The notes under the pieces: generated by a model
What the model was told of the DNA's origin: nothing
The model's input: the letters and a program-made list of their open reading frames with translations, nothing else
The model's database searches: none
Translations under genes and position numbers: made by a program
Source: Flavobacteriaceae bacterium
GTDB lineage: Bacteria > Bacteroidota > Bacteroidia > Flavobacteriales > Flavobacteriaceae
Assembly: GCA_049606855.1 (NCBI GenBank)
Contig: JBMYVY010000001.1
Span: 153,114-217,113, forward strand
Direction of reading: 5' to 3'
Length of the DNA: 64,000 nt
Shown: one piece after another, positions 9,541-19,222 of the stretch
How the letters are laid out: each line of letters opens with the position of its first letter
Numbering within the stretch: position 1 is the stretch's first letter

Positions 9541-10569
9541 TTATTTCACTTTAATTACTTCAAATTTAACTTCCCCATCCCTTAAATATTTAAGCACATA
9601 CGATTCTCCACTATTAAAACTTCCAATGAGTTGAGTAAGCTTCATAAAGTTTTCAGGTCTATCTAGTTTTACTCCACCAACTTCTAAAATAATGTCTCCC
9701 CCTAATAGAACTTCTTTGCCTTCGATACTTGCTTCAATATAACCCCCACGTAAACCTGCTTTGTAACCAAGACCTCCTTCGGCCACTTTAACAATCAACA
9801 AACCTGCTGATTGGGGCAGGTTGAAAACGCTAGCTAATTCTGGTGTTATAACGACAAATTCCATACCAGACCAGAATTTTTTACGCCCTAGCAATATTTT
9901 TTTAGCCACGTTGGAAGAGGCTCCAAACCCAATACCATCAAAACCACCACTTTCTGAAAGAATAAAACTTGCAATTCCTATTACTTCTCCTTTCATATTG
10001 TACATTGGCCCTCCTGAATTACCAGGATTAATCGATGCGTCAGTTTGAATGAATTCAACTTTAAGAAAGTGATCTGTTAAATCATCCTCCGGTTTAATTC
10101 TACCAGAAACAATACCTCTTGATAAGGTTTGTTCTATTCCTCTCGGTGCACCGATGACAAAAATATCTTGTCCAATTTCCATCAAATCAGAATCTCCAAT
10201 TTTAGAAACATGTTTGTCTTTTAATTGAAAGTCTCCAAGAATTTTAATTAAAGCTACATCTGCAACCGGAGATGAACTTAAGACCTCCGCGTTGTATTTG
10301 TCTCCATCCTTAAACTTAACAAATAACTTATCCGCAGAATGCACCACATGTGATGCGGTCCAAATTAATCCATCTTCAGAAATTAGAACTCCCGACCCCA
10401 ATCCACCGAATTCAGTCACTTGTTCTACTTGACCGGGTGCAGAGGGCAAATTGTTTAAAGTATTGATGACCACTACTGAACTTGATACTTCTTTATAAAG
10501 CTTACTCAGTGTTTGCCCACTTGCACTAACCGCACAGAAGGCAACTAAAATTAATAATATACGTTTCAT
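9541..10569 (-). CDS. trypsin-like serine protease with C-terminal PDZ domain (HtrA/DegP-like, S1C)
   Basis: It has a signal peptide and catalytic-triad contexts TASHVV (His), DVALIKI (Asp) and GNSGGP (Ser). The C-terminal ~90 aa are PDZ-like (AGLLIVKVAEGGLGYKAGLRGGY...GGDIILEVGG). Confidence 0.9.
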   Translation of the reverse strand: MKRILLILVAFCAVSASGQTLSKLYKEVSSSVVVINTLNNLPSAPGQVEQVTEFGGLGSGVLISEDGLIWTASHVVHSADKLFVKFKDGDKYNAEVLSSSPVADVALIKILGDFQLKDKHVSKIGDSDLMEIGQDIFVIGAPRGIEQTLSRGIVSGRIKPEDDLTDHFLKVEFIQTDASINPGNSGGPMYNMKGEVIGIASFILSESGGFDGIGFGASSNVAKKILLGRKKFWSGMEFVVITPELASVFNLPQSAGLLIVKVAEGGLGYKAGLRGGYIEASIEGKEVLLGGDIILEVGGVKLDRPENFMKLTQLIGSFNSGESYVLKYLRDGEVKFEVIKVK

Positions 10570-11205
10570 TTATTGTTCAAGTTTGAAAATTAAACCTCCT
10601 CCTAGGTCCCAGTGCACAAGGGGTACATAGAAACTTGCACCACCACTAGCTCCTCCAGAGCCAAACCACAGACCTACACCATTGAATTCCATTGGTAAGT
10701 TTAAGTTGGTATATAGTTTAAGCCCAATTCGATCTGATATAAAATACTTCACACCAGCTCCGAATACCATCGAAAAAGCCCAATTAGAGCCATAAACACC
10801 TGCTTTATCGAAATATCTGTTAGCACCAAGAGTAAATTTACCAAAAGGGAGAAAGTTTTCCTGTACCATAAATTCTTTTACTCCACCAATTTGGTAAGAT
10901 TCCATACCGACATCAAAGGATTCGGGTTGTGAAAAGGCGCCATAACGAACAACTCGAGTATCCACTCTCATATAAGCCAGTTCTCCTTGTACCAAATCTC
11001 CTACACCAAAATTTAAAATGGCTCCGTAGGACATTCCGTCTTTTATGTCGAAATCTACGACAGTCCCTGCATATGTAAATCCAGTTGCAGTTCCTGAAAA
11101 AGTATAGCCAATAAAAGGATTAATTTCAATGCTCTTTTGTGCATTTAAAGTTAGACTAGATGCGATCATTATCAGTATCAAGCCAAGTTTAGAAGTTATT
11201 TTCAT
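10570..11205 (-). CDS. small outer membrane beta-barrel protein (porin/OmpW-like family)
   Basis: It has a signal peptide (MKITSKLGLILIMIASSLTLNA/QK), an alternating hydrophobic beta-strand pattern, and Gly/aromatic-rich strands. It is 211 aa long. Its stop codon abuts the ATG of the protease gene. Confidence 0.7.
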   Translation of the reverse strand: MKITSKLGLILIMIASSLTLNAQKSIEINPFIGYTFSGTATGFTYAGTVVDFDIKDGMSYGAILNFGVGDLVQGELAYMRVDTRVVRYGAFSQPESFDVGMESYQIGGVKEFMVQENFLPFGKFTLGANRYFDKAGVYGSNWAFSMVFGAGVKYFISDRIGLKLYTNLNLPMEFNGVGLWFGSGGASGGASFYVPLVHWDLGGGLIFKLEQ

Positions 11206-11268
11206 TTGGTAAGTTTTTATTATCTAAAATACTAAAATTCTGCCTGTGTTGTAAATACTTATAAGGTT

Positions 11269-11286
11269 ATGTTAAAACTTTAACAT
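11269..11286. promoter_or_regulatory. 18-bp palindrome ATGTTAAA-AC-TTTAACAT in the divergent intergenic region (candidate operator)
   Basis: It is a perfect 8-bp inverted repeat with a 2-nt centre. It sits between the OMP/protease operon start (11205) and the second RND operon start (11336). Confidence 0.35.
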
Positions 11287-11335
11287 TTTATAGGCTTTTA
11301 TGTACATTGCGTCACATTTTAATCAAAACTATTTC

Positions 11336-12448
11336 ATGAAAAGACAGTTGATAATTATCGGTGCTGGTGTATTAATTTTAACCATTGCTTTCGGTCTTGC
11401 GGATTATATGATATCCAATGAACAAGATCGTCCAATTTCTAATAATCAATACATTAAAGGTGTTTATACAGAAGCATATGTTCCGAGCACTGTTCCTGTC
11501 GAAATAACCGAAAGTGGAAATCTTGTTGCCAAACATAAAGTAGATCTATTTTCTGAGGTTCAAGGTGTTCTTGAAACAAGTAAAAAGGATTTCAGAACAG
11601 GAGTAACCTTTGAAAAGGGTGAAATTATGTTAAAGATTAATGCAGATGAGCATTATTCAACTTTGTTGGCACAAAAAAGTATCCTACAAAACTTGATTGC
11701 TTCTGTAATGCCTGATATTCGTCTGGATTATCCTGACTCTTATGAAGCTTGGAGTAACTACCTAAATCAATTCAATATTAATGAAGCGGTAAAGGATCTG
11801 CCGGAACCAGTTTCGGACAAAGAAAAATATTTTATTACGGGAAGAAATATATATTCTACGTTCTACAATGTTAAAAATTTAGAGGCCCGATTAGAAAAGT
11901 TTTATTTGAGGGCTCCTTATGATGGTGTTTTAACAGAGACCTTTGTAACAACTGGAACATTGGTAAGACCTGGCCAACGCATAGGTGAGTTCATTGACCC
12001 AACGGTATATGAACTTGCAGTTTCTGTAAATGCGAATTTGGCTAAGAACCTAATTGTTGGGGAGAAGGTTTTGCTTAAAAATTTAGATGGAACTTACCAA
12101 ACTTCTGGATTTATTTCGAGGATCAATGCAAAATTAGATATAAATACTCAAACCCTTCTTTGTTTCGTCGAAACTCGAGATGTTAATTTAAAAGCAGGTA
12201 TGTTTTTAAGAGCTGTGATTCCTGGAAGAAAGTTTGACAACTCATTTTTGATTTCGAGAAAACTATTGGTAAATAATGAGTCCGTTTATATCGTTAAAGG
12301 AGATGTTCTTGATTTGGTAAAGGTAAATACCCTTTATTTCAATGAAGATTCAGTGATTATTTCAGGATTAAACAAAGGCGATCTTTTAGTTTCCAAGGCA
12401 GTTGCAGGAGCCTACCCAGGAATGAAGGTTAATCATTTAAATAAATAA
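11336..12448 (+). CDS. efflux RND transporter periplasmic adaptor subunit (HlyD/MFP family)
   Basis: The ORF opens at 11300. The ATG at 11336 gives an N-terminal membrane anchor (MKRQLIIIGAGVLILTIAFG), followed by MFP-like barrel-sandwich and beta-barrel regions. It precedes an RND pump. Confidence 0.85.
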   Translation: MKRQLIIIGAGVLILTIAFGLADYMISNEQDRPISNNQYIKGVYTEAYVPSTVPVEITESGNLVAKHKVDLFSEVQGVLETSKKDFRTGVTFEKGEIMLKINADEHYSTLLAQKSILQNLIASVMPDIRLDYPDSYEAWSNYLNQFNINEAVKDLPEPVSDKEKYFITGRNIYSTFYNVKNLEARLEKFYLRAPYDGVLTETFVTTGTLVRPGQRIGEFIDPTVYELAVSVNANLAKNLIVGEKVLLKNLDGTYQTSGFISRINAKLDINTQTLLCFVETRDVNLKAGMFLRAVIPGRKFDNSFLISRKLLVNNESVYIVKGDVLDLVKVNTLYFNEDSVIISGLNKGDLLVSKAVAGAYPGMKVNHLNK

Positions 12449-12458
12449 TAAGAATTGT

Positions 12459-15400
12459 ATGAAAAATGTAATTTCTTATTTCATAAAATACCCAGTAGCG
12501 GTAAACGTAATTATTTTGGGGCTAGTCCTTCTCGGGATTTTGGGATACTCAAATATGAGATCATCTTTTTTCCCTCTTACTGATTCCAAAATCATCAATA
12601 TTAGTGTCGCTTATCCAGGATCTTCACCTGAGGAAATTGAAGAAGGAGTAGTGCTAAAAATTGAGGATAACTTAAAGGGGCTCGTTGGTGTAGAACGGGT
12701 TACTTCTGTTTCTAGAGAAAACAGTGCCAGTATTACTGTTGAAGTACTTAAGGACTATGACATTAATATCGTTCTGGCGGATGTAAAGAATGCTGTAGAT
12801 AAAGTACCTAATTTCCCAACAGGTATGGAGCCTCCAGTAGTTTCCAAAATCGAGACCATATCAGAAACGATAAGTTTTGTGGTTGCTGGAGAAAATATTA
12901 GTCTGAAAAGTTTAAAAAATATTGCAAGAGATATCGAAAGTGAAATCCGTCGAATGGATGGAATTTCTCAAATCGAATTAAGTGGATTTCCAGAGGAAGA
13001 AATTGAAATTGCTGTACGTGAGAATGATTTAAGGTCATATAATGTGAGTTTTAATGAAATCGCTCAAGCTGTAGCTCAGTCGAATTTATTAACCACTGGA
13101 GGTTCTATTAAAACAGAAGCTGAAGAATATTTAATTCGAGCCAGAAATCGTTCTTATTTTGGTGATGAACTTGATAATTTAATTGTAAAAGCCGAATCAA
13201 ATGGTCGTGTTATTCGTTTGAAAGATGTGGCAACAACAAGAGATGTTTGGAATGAAAACCCTAATAAAATATATTACAACGGAGAGCTATCTGTCCAAAT
13301 AAGAGTTTCAAACACAAATAGTGAGGATCTCATTGCCTCAGCTGAAAAAGTGAATGTTTTTATAGGTGAATTCAATGAAAGTCATGATCAGGTCCAGATT
13401 AAAATAACACGAGATTCTTCCATTACTTTAAATCAAAGAACCGAATTGTTATTTACCAATGCATGGCAGGGTATGTTGCTGGTGCTTTTCTTTCTCTCAT
13501 TATTCCTAAGACCAAGATTGGCTTTTTGGGTTGCAGCGGGTTTACCAGTTGCGTTTTTTGGGATGTTTATGCTAGCGGATTATTTTGATGTAACCATAAA
13601 CGTTTTGTCTCTTTTCGGGATGATTATTGTAATTGGTATTCTTGTGGATGATGGAATTGTAATTTCCGAAAATATTTATCATCAATATGAAAAAGGGAAA
13701 AACCCAATTCGCGCTGCAATAGATGGTACCATGGAAGTGGTTCCACCAATCATATCCGCAATTACAACAACGATTTTGGCATTTTCTATATTTTTCTTTT
13801 TAGATGCTAGAATCGGTGAATTTTTCTCTGAAGTGGCAGTCGTGGTCACTTTAACCTTACTAATCTCTTTGGTTGAGGCCTTAATTATATTACCGGCGCA
13901 CGTTGCCCATTCTAAGGCTTTGTCAAGGGAGCAAAAGACTTTTAAATTCAATGTCTATGCTGAAAGAGCTATGGACTATATGAGAAATAAGCTTTATGCC
14001 CCGGTACTTACCTTGTTTATTAAAAATCGTTTTTTTGCATTAACAATACCAATTGCGTTAATGATTATTACCATTGGAGCAATTAGTTCTGGATTGTTAA
14101 GAATTACCTTTTTCCCTTCGATTGCATCGGATCGAGTTTCAATTAATCTTACCATGCCACAAGGGACCAATGAGAAGATTACTGATTCTATCATTACAGT
14201 AATTGAAGATGCAGCATGGGAAGTAGGGGAAGAGTTTAATAAAATTCAAACAGGTAATGAACCGGTAATAGATAATATTATTAAACAAATTGGGCCTGGG
14301 ACATCTTCAGCTTCATTAAGCATAAATTTGTTACCCGGCGAATCTAGAGATTTTCCTTCTCAGGAAATCACTAATGCAATTCGAGATCGAGTAGGACCTG
14401 TATACGGTGTAGAAAGTTTGACTTTTGGATCTGGAGGAAATTTTGGGGGTTCTCCAGTTTCGGTATCGCTTGTAGGAAACAATGTTAGCGAACTAAAGCT
14501 GGCAAAAGAAGAACTCAAGGCTGAATTGGCACAAAATCCAGGTTTAAAAGACATTACTGACACCGACCCTGATGGAATTAAAGAGATTAAGATTGAATTA
14601 AAAGAAAATGCCTATTTACTTGGTTTTACACTCTCGAATGTGATGTCACAAGTAAGAAGTGGTTTCTTTGGTCTACAGGTTCAACGTTTCCAAAGAGGGC
14701 AGGATGAAATTAAAGTTTGGGTGAGGTATGAGCGTGATGAACGTTCTTCAATCAAAAACCTAGATGATATGAGATTAGTCGCTCCAAATGGCTCTAGAGT
14801 CGCTTTTTCTGAAATCGCCTACTATGAAATTGCAAGGGGTGAAATTGCCATAAACCATATTGAAGGTCAAAGAGAAATTCGTATAGATGCAGATATTATT
14901 GATCCAAAAGAAACCAGTGCTGTTGATGTCAATGAAGATATCAAAAATAGAATCATGCCAGAGATTTCAAAACGATATCCTTCTGTTTCTGCACTATTTG
15001 AGGGACAAAATAGAGAGCAAGAAAAACTGAATCGATCAATGCAAACTCCAGGTGTGGTTATTCTATTACTGATTTTTATTGTTATTGTATTTACATTTAG
15101 GTCTTTCTCTCAACCGGTAATGCTTTTGTTAATGGTGCCATTCAGTATCGTTGGCGTAGGTGTGGGGCATTATATTCATGATTTCCCTATTAATATGCTG
15201 TCCTTATTAGGAATCATTGCTTTGATTGGAATCATGGTGAATGATGGGCTGGTGCTAATTTCAAAATTTAATATCTATCTAAAAGAAGGAATGAAATATG
15301 ATGAAGCACTTATCGCTGCTGGTAAATCTAGGTTTAGGGCCATATTTTTAACTACAATAACAACAGTTGCAGGGTTAGCACCTTTAATATTTGAAACTAG

Positions 15401-15635
15401 TCGACAAGCGCAATTTTTAATTCCAATGGCGATTTCAATTGCATATGGAATAATAATGGCCACCTTATTAACTCTATTAACCTTACCTGTTTTATTATCC
15501 TTAGTAAATGACTCAAAAGTACACATAAAATGGTTATGGACTGGAGTCAAGCCTTCTCATGAAGAAGTTGAACGTGCCATACAGGAAATGAAATACGAAC
15601 AAGAAAGTAAATCAAATTATGAAGATGAAGCATAA
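12459..15635 (+). CDS. efflux RND transporter permease subunit (AcrB family)
   Basis: The 1058-aa product has a 12-TM RND layout. Motifs include IGILVDDGIVISENI and IGIMVNDGLVLISKF. Confidence 0.95.
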   Translation: MKNVISYFIKYPVAVNVIILGLVLLGILGYSNMRSSFFPLTDSKIINISVAYPGSSPEEIEEGVVLKIEDNLKGLVGVERVTSVSRENSASITVEVLKDYDINIVLADVKNAVDKVPNFPTGMEPPVVSKIETISETISFVVAGENISLKSLKNIARDIESEIRRMDGISQIELSGFPEEEIEIAVRENDLRSYNVSFNEIAQAVAQSNLLTTGGSIKTEAEEYLIRARNRSYFGDELDNLIVKAESNGRVIRLKDVATTRDVWNENPNKIYYNGELSVQIRVSNTNSEDLIASAEKVNVFIGEFNESHDQVQIKITRDSSITLNQRTELLFTNAWQGMLLVLFFLSLFLRPRLAFWVAAGLPVAFFGMFMLADYFDVTINVLSLFGMIIVIGILVDDGIVISENIYHQYEKGKNPIRAAIDGTMEVVPPIISAITTTILAFSIFFFLDARIGEFFSEVAVVVTLTLLISLVEALIILPAHVAHSKALSREQKTFKFNVYAERAMDYMRNKLYAPVLTLFIKNRFFALTIPIALMIITIGAISSGLLRITFFPSIASDRVSINLTMPQGTNEKITDSIITVIEDAAWEVGEEFNKIQTGNEPVIDNIIKQIGPGTSSASLSINLLPGESRDFPSQEITNAIRDRVGPVYGVESLTFGSGGNFGGSPVSVSLVGNNVSELKLAKEELKAELAQNPGLKDITDTDPDGIKEIKIELKENAYLLGFTLSNVMSQVRSGFFGLQVQRFQRGQDEIKVWVRYERDERSSIKNLDDMRLVAPNGSRVAFSEIAYYEIARGEIAINHIEGQREIRIDADIIDPKETSAVDVNEDIKNRIMPEISKRYPSVSALFEGQNREQEKLNRSMQTPGVVILLLIFIVIVFTFRSFSQPVMLLLMVPFSIVGVGVGHYIHDFPINMLSLLGIIALIGIMVNDGLVLISKFNIYLKEGMKYDEALIAAGKSRFRAIFLTTITTVAGLAPLIFETSRQAQFLIPMAISIAYGIIMATLLTLLTLPVLLSLVNDSKVHIKWLWTGVKPSHEEVERAIQEMKYEQESKSNYEDEA

Positions 15636-16878
15636 CATAATACTTATACTGAGCTTGAGCATGTGTTTGATGGCTCATGGTCAAGAAATTTTGAGTAAAC
15701 AAACTGCTTTAGATCAGACTTTAGAGAATAACTTTGATATACGTTTGTCTGAGAATGATTTGGAACAGGCTGATAATTCTCAAGGAATTTTAAATAGTGG
15801 GTATTTGCCTACAGTTGAAAGTTCTGGAAGTGGAACCTATGCTGAATTTAGAGGAAACACAGGGACTCAATCCAACCTCTCGATTGGTGTTAATTATGTT
15901 CTATTTAACGGTTTTAATAGAAAAAATACTTTTAAACGATTAAAGGAATCTTACAATATTAGTGAGGTACAAGCAAGACAAATTGTGGAAAACACCATGT
16001 TAACTTTGTTTACCGCATACTATGAAGTGGCTCGTTTGGAAGAAAATGAAAAGAACCAAGAACAAGCCTTGGCAATCTCAAAAGATCGATTAAAAAGAGC
16101 AATATATGGTTTTGAGTTTGGACAACAAACCAAACTAGACGTTTTAAACGCCGAAGTCGACATGAATAATGACAGCATCAACTATATCGAAATCCAAAGA
16201 CAATTGGCCAATGCTAAAAGAGATTTAAATGTTGTGATGGGAACGGATGTTCAGTTAGAAATGAAGGTAGATACTACAGTCTACTATTTGGAAGATTTAA
16301 GTTTGGATTCGCTAACTTCAGGAGCATTAACCAATAATGCTTCTCTTATTCAGGCTGAGAAGCAAATTGAATTGGGTAAATACGATGTTAAAATTAACCG
16401 TTCCACATGGATGCCGACAGTGTCAGTTTCTAGTGCTTACAGAATGACACAGAGTGACTTTATCCCTGTAGTAGGAGGGGTGAATACAAGTGTTAATTTT
16501 TCTTGGAACGTATTCGATGGGGGTAGAACAAGTACCAATGTTCAAAATGCAAAAATCAATGTAAATTCAGCTGAAATTAGAAAGAATCAGTTTGAAGAAC
16601 AGCTTAAAAGGGATGTGTTTAATGCATGGGAAACCTATCAAAACCTATTATTTACCTATGAAGTTCAGAAGAAAAACCTAGAGACAAACTTGAGGAATTT
16701 TGAAAGAACGGATGAAGGATATAAACTCGGGCAAATAAGTTCTATCGATTTTAGATTGGCACAGGTAAATTTACTTAATGCTGCTTTGACCTTGTCTCAG
16801 GCAAAATACAATGCAAAAAACGCAGAGTTGCGATTATTACAATTGTCGGGAAAATTAATAGACAACACACTTTTTTAA
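15619..16878 (+). CDS. TolC-family outer membrane efflux protein
   Basis: It has a signal peptide (ILILSLSMCLMAHG/QE) and the two-repeat OEP pattern. It overlaps the RND pump gene by 17 nt and completes an MFP-RND-OMF operon. Confidence 0.9.
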   Translation: MKMKHNIILILSLSMCLMAHGQEILSKQTALDQTLENNFDIRLSENDLEQADNSQGILNSGYLPTVESSGSGTYAEFRGNTGTQSNLSIGVNYVLFNGFNRKNTFKRLKESYNISEVQARQIVENTMLTLFTAYYEVARLEENEKNQEQALAISKDRLKRAIYGFEFGQQTKLDVLNAEVDMNNDSINYIEIQRQLANAKRDLNVVMGTDVQLEMKVDTTVYYLEDLSLDSLTSGALTNNASLIQAEKQIELGKYDVKINRSTWMPTVSVSSAYRMTQSDFIPVVGGVNTSVNFSWNVFDGGRTSTNVQNAKINVNSAEIRKNQFEEQLKRDVFNAWETYQNLLFTYEVQKKNLETNLRNFERTDEGYKLGQISSIDFRLAQVNLLNAALTLSQAKYNAKNAELRLLQLSGKLIDNTLF

Positions 16879-16886
16879 TTTAAATG

Positions 16887-16915
16887 CTTAACTTTAAGTG
16901 AATCAAAAAGTTAAG
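16887..16915 (+). other. 9-bp perfect stem-loop (CTTAACTTT-N11-AAAGTTAAG) between the tolC-like stop and the GTG start of the next gene
   Basis: The inverted repeat is read directly: arms 16887-16895 and 16907-16915. No T-run follows. The 3' arm ends 1 nt before GTG 16917. Confidence 0.4.
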
Positions 16916-16916
16916 T

Positions 16917-18521
16917 GTGGAAGAATCAAAAAGAGTAGGGGAGTTAGTAAGTATTTTGGCCAAATACGGCCTTGCCGATGGCTTAAAATTAAACCAAGTC
17001 AAATGGATTAATACTCATTTAAAAAAACATAAAAGTAACTACGAGTTTAGCATTGAGCCAAAAAATGTTCGTATCCGAATGGCGCTAACCGAAATGGGGA
17101 CCACATTTGTGAAGCTCGGTCAATTTCTTTCAGTTCGTGAGGACCTTATCGGAAGAGATCTTGCCAAGGAATTGTCAAAACTCCAAACCAAATCCAAAGA
17201 AGATGCTTCAGGCTATATACATCGAGTATTAGAGAGGCATCACTTAAGTGATAAATTTTCAGAGTTCAAAATAGATCCAATCGCCTCAGCATCCATAGGG
17301 CAAGTTCATGTTGGAAGACTTCATACGGGTGAGGAGGTTATTATAAAGATAAGACATGAAGGCATCGTAGAGCGGGTTAATGAGGATTTAAAAATCTTAA
17401 ATAATTTCGTCAATTTAGGAGATCGAATTGTGCCAAGTCTCAAATTCCTAAACCCCAAACGATTGTTTATAGAATTTGAATACAGTCTCAGAGATGAGTT
17501 AAACTTAAACAAAGAACTTTCTAATTTACTTAGATTCAGGGCCGATTTCAAAAACAATAAAGAAGTTGTATTTCCAATTGGATATGAAGCATATTCTAAC
17601 GATGAAATTCTGGTCATGTCAAGGGTGTCAGGCTTTGATTTAAATAGCTCTAAAATTGAGAAACTTGATATTAAATTAAAAAAGAGCCTGGCCATGAGCG
17701 GTGCGAACATGTACATGGACATGATTTTTAAGAACAATTTTTACCATGCAGATCCACATCCTGGTAATCTTATGATAACAGAAGATCACAGACTTGGTGT
17801 TATCGATTGTGGAATGGTTGGTAGACTTGATAATAAGAGTAAGGATATTATTGAGAACCTAATAATGGCGTTTCTGAATGAAGACCTTGATTCGATTAAA
17901 GACTTAATTCTGGACTTAGGGACAGTTCCACAGGGTATCGATGAAGAAGCTTTTGGTGAAGATATTGAACTATTTATAAATCAATATTTAGGAGCTAAAA
18001 TTAAGGATATTGACATAAACGGCTGCATAGAAAAGGCAACAGAAATTATTCATAATTATAAGATTGTTTTGCCTTCATCAGTGTCTATGTTGATGAAAAC
18101 GCTGATGCTCTTAGAGGGGACGTCAAAAGTACTTTATACCGATTTTGATATTTTTGAAATCCTAGGTTCCTATAAGAATAAATTAATCTATCAAAAGGTC
18201 AATCCTAAAAGTCTCCTTAAATCCTTTGGGAAAAAGCTATTTGAGTGGGAACGAATAGCAGATCAATTGCCCAAGCTGATTTTGAAGCTTATAAAAAATG
18301 CCGATCAAGAAAAATTTGTCATCAAATTGGAGCATGAAAACATTAATAGTGCTTCATTGGTTTTGGTCAAAGGTATCATAGCTGCTGCACTAATAGTTGG
18401 AGGAGCTATGATGGTAAGCACTAGAATTGGTCCCTTAGTCTGGGATATAAGTATTATTGGAGGGATGTTTTTTATAGGAGCAATGGTGCTCTTTTATGGA
18501 GCCTTTAAACAAAGAAAATAA
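16917..18521 (+). CDS. ABC1/UbiB/AarF-family atypical protein kinase with C-terminal TM segments
   Basis: It carries the ABC1-family signature region (ALTEMGTTFVKLGQFLSVREDLIG..., ASASIGQVHVG, FYHADPHPGNLMI, IDCGMVG). Start is GTG. Two C-terminal hydrophobic helices are present. Confidence 0.85.
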   Translation: MEESKRVGELVSILAKYGLADGLKLNQVKWINTHLKKHKSNYEFSIEPKNVRIRMALTEMGTTFVKLGQFLSVREDLIGRDLAKELSKLQTKSKEDASGYIHRVLERHHLSDKFSEFKIDPIASASIGQVHVGRLHTGEEVIIKIRHEGIVERVNEDLKILNNFVNLGDRIVPSLKFLNPKRLFIEFEYSLRDELNLNKELSNLLRFRADFKNNKEVVFPIGYEAYSNDEILVMSRVSGFDLNSSKIEKLDIKLKKSLAMSGANMYMDMIFKNNFYHADPHPGNLMITEDHRLGVIDCGMVGRLDNKSKDIIENLIMAFLNEDLDSIKDLILDLGTVPQGIDEEAFGEDIELFINQYLGAKIKDIDINGCIEKATEIIHNYKIVLPSSVSMLMKTLMLLEGTSKVLYTDFDIFEILGSYKNKLIYQKVNPKSLLKSFGKKLFEWERIADQLPKLILKLIKNADQEKFVIKLEHENINSASLVLVKGIIAAALIVGGAMMVSTRIGPLVWDISIIGGMFFIGAMVLFYGAFKQRK

Positions 18522-18572
18522 TTTGTTTAACTAATTAACTAAAACCTTAAACAAAAATTAGTATCTTTGAGT

Positions 18573-19220
18573 ATGAAAAAATTAGTACTCATAGGTGGAA
18601 ATAAAGGTATAGGTCAAGCTATTGTCAAAGAAATACATGATCAATATGATGTTATTATGTTAAATAGAGGTTCTGAGAACTTTGACATATTGGTGGATGA
18701 TCTACCAGAGATTCAGGCAATTGATGCCTTGGTTTATTGTCCAGGAAGTATCAACCTTAAGCCGTTTAGCAGCTTGAAAGTAGAGGATTTTCAAAAGGAT
18801 TTTGAAATTAATTATTTCGGTTTTCTAAAATGCTTAAAGTATTATGAAAAATCATTTAATCAAGGAGCATCAGTTTTGGCATTCAGTACAGTTGCGAGTT
18901 TGACAGGAATGCCTTATCACAGTTCAATTGCCTCTGCCAAAGGAGCTCTGAATGGTTTAGTAAAGAGTTTGGCTGCGGAATGGGCAGGTAAAATTCGTGT
19001 CAATGCAATTGCACCGAGTATTACGAAAACGGATTTGGCAGCTCCAATTTTGAGAAATGAGCGTGTCATTGAAAGAATTACCAATAATCATCCTTTAAAA
19101 AGGATCTTAACGGCATCTGAAATAGCAAAGTATTCAAAATTTTTGATTTCTGACGATGCTGCGGGTATTTCCGGTCAAATATTAGTAGTTGATAATGGTA
19201 TAATTAATTTAAAACTATAG
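18573..19220 (+). CDS. SDR-family oxidoreductase (atypical: no canonical YxxxK)
   Basis: It has an N-terminal Rossmann motif (LIGGNKGIGQAI) and SDR-like core strands. The ATG at 18573 is preferred over TTG 18567. The expected active-site segment reads PYHSSIASAKGAL. Confidence 0.7.
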   Translation: MKKLVLIGGNKGIGQAIVKEIHDQYDVIMLNRGSENFDILVDDLPEIQAIDALVYCPGSINLKPFSSLKVEDFQKDFEINYFGFLKCLKYYEKSFNQGASVLAFSTVASLTGMPYHSSIASAKGALNGLVKSLAAEWAGKIRVNAIAPSITKTDLAAPILRNERVIERITNNHPLKRILTASEIAKYSKFLISDDAAGISGQILVVDNGIINLKL

Positions 19221-19222
19221 TT

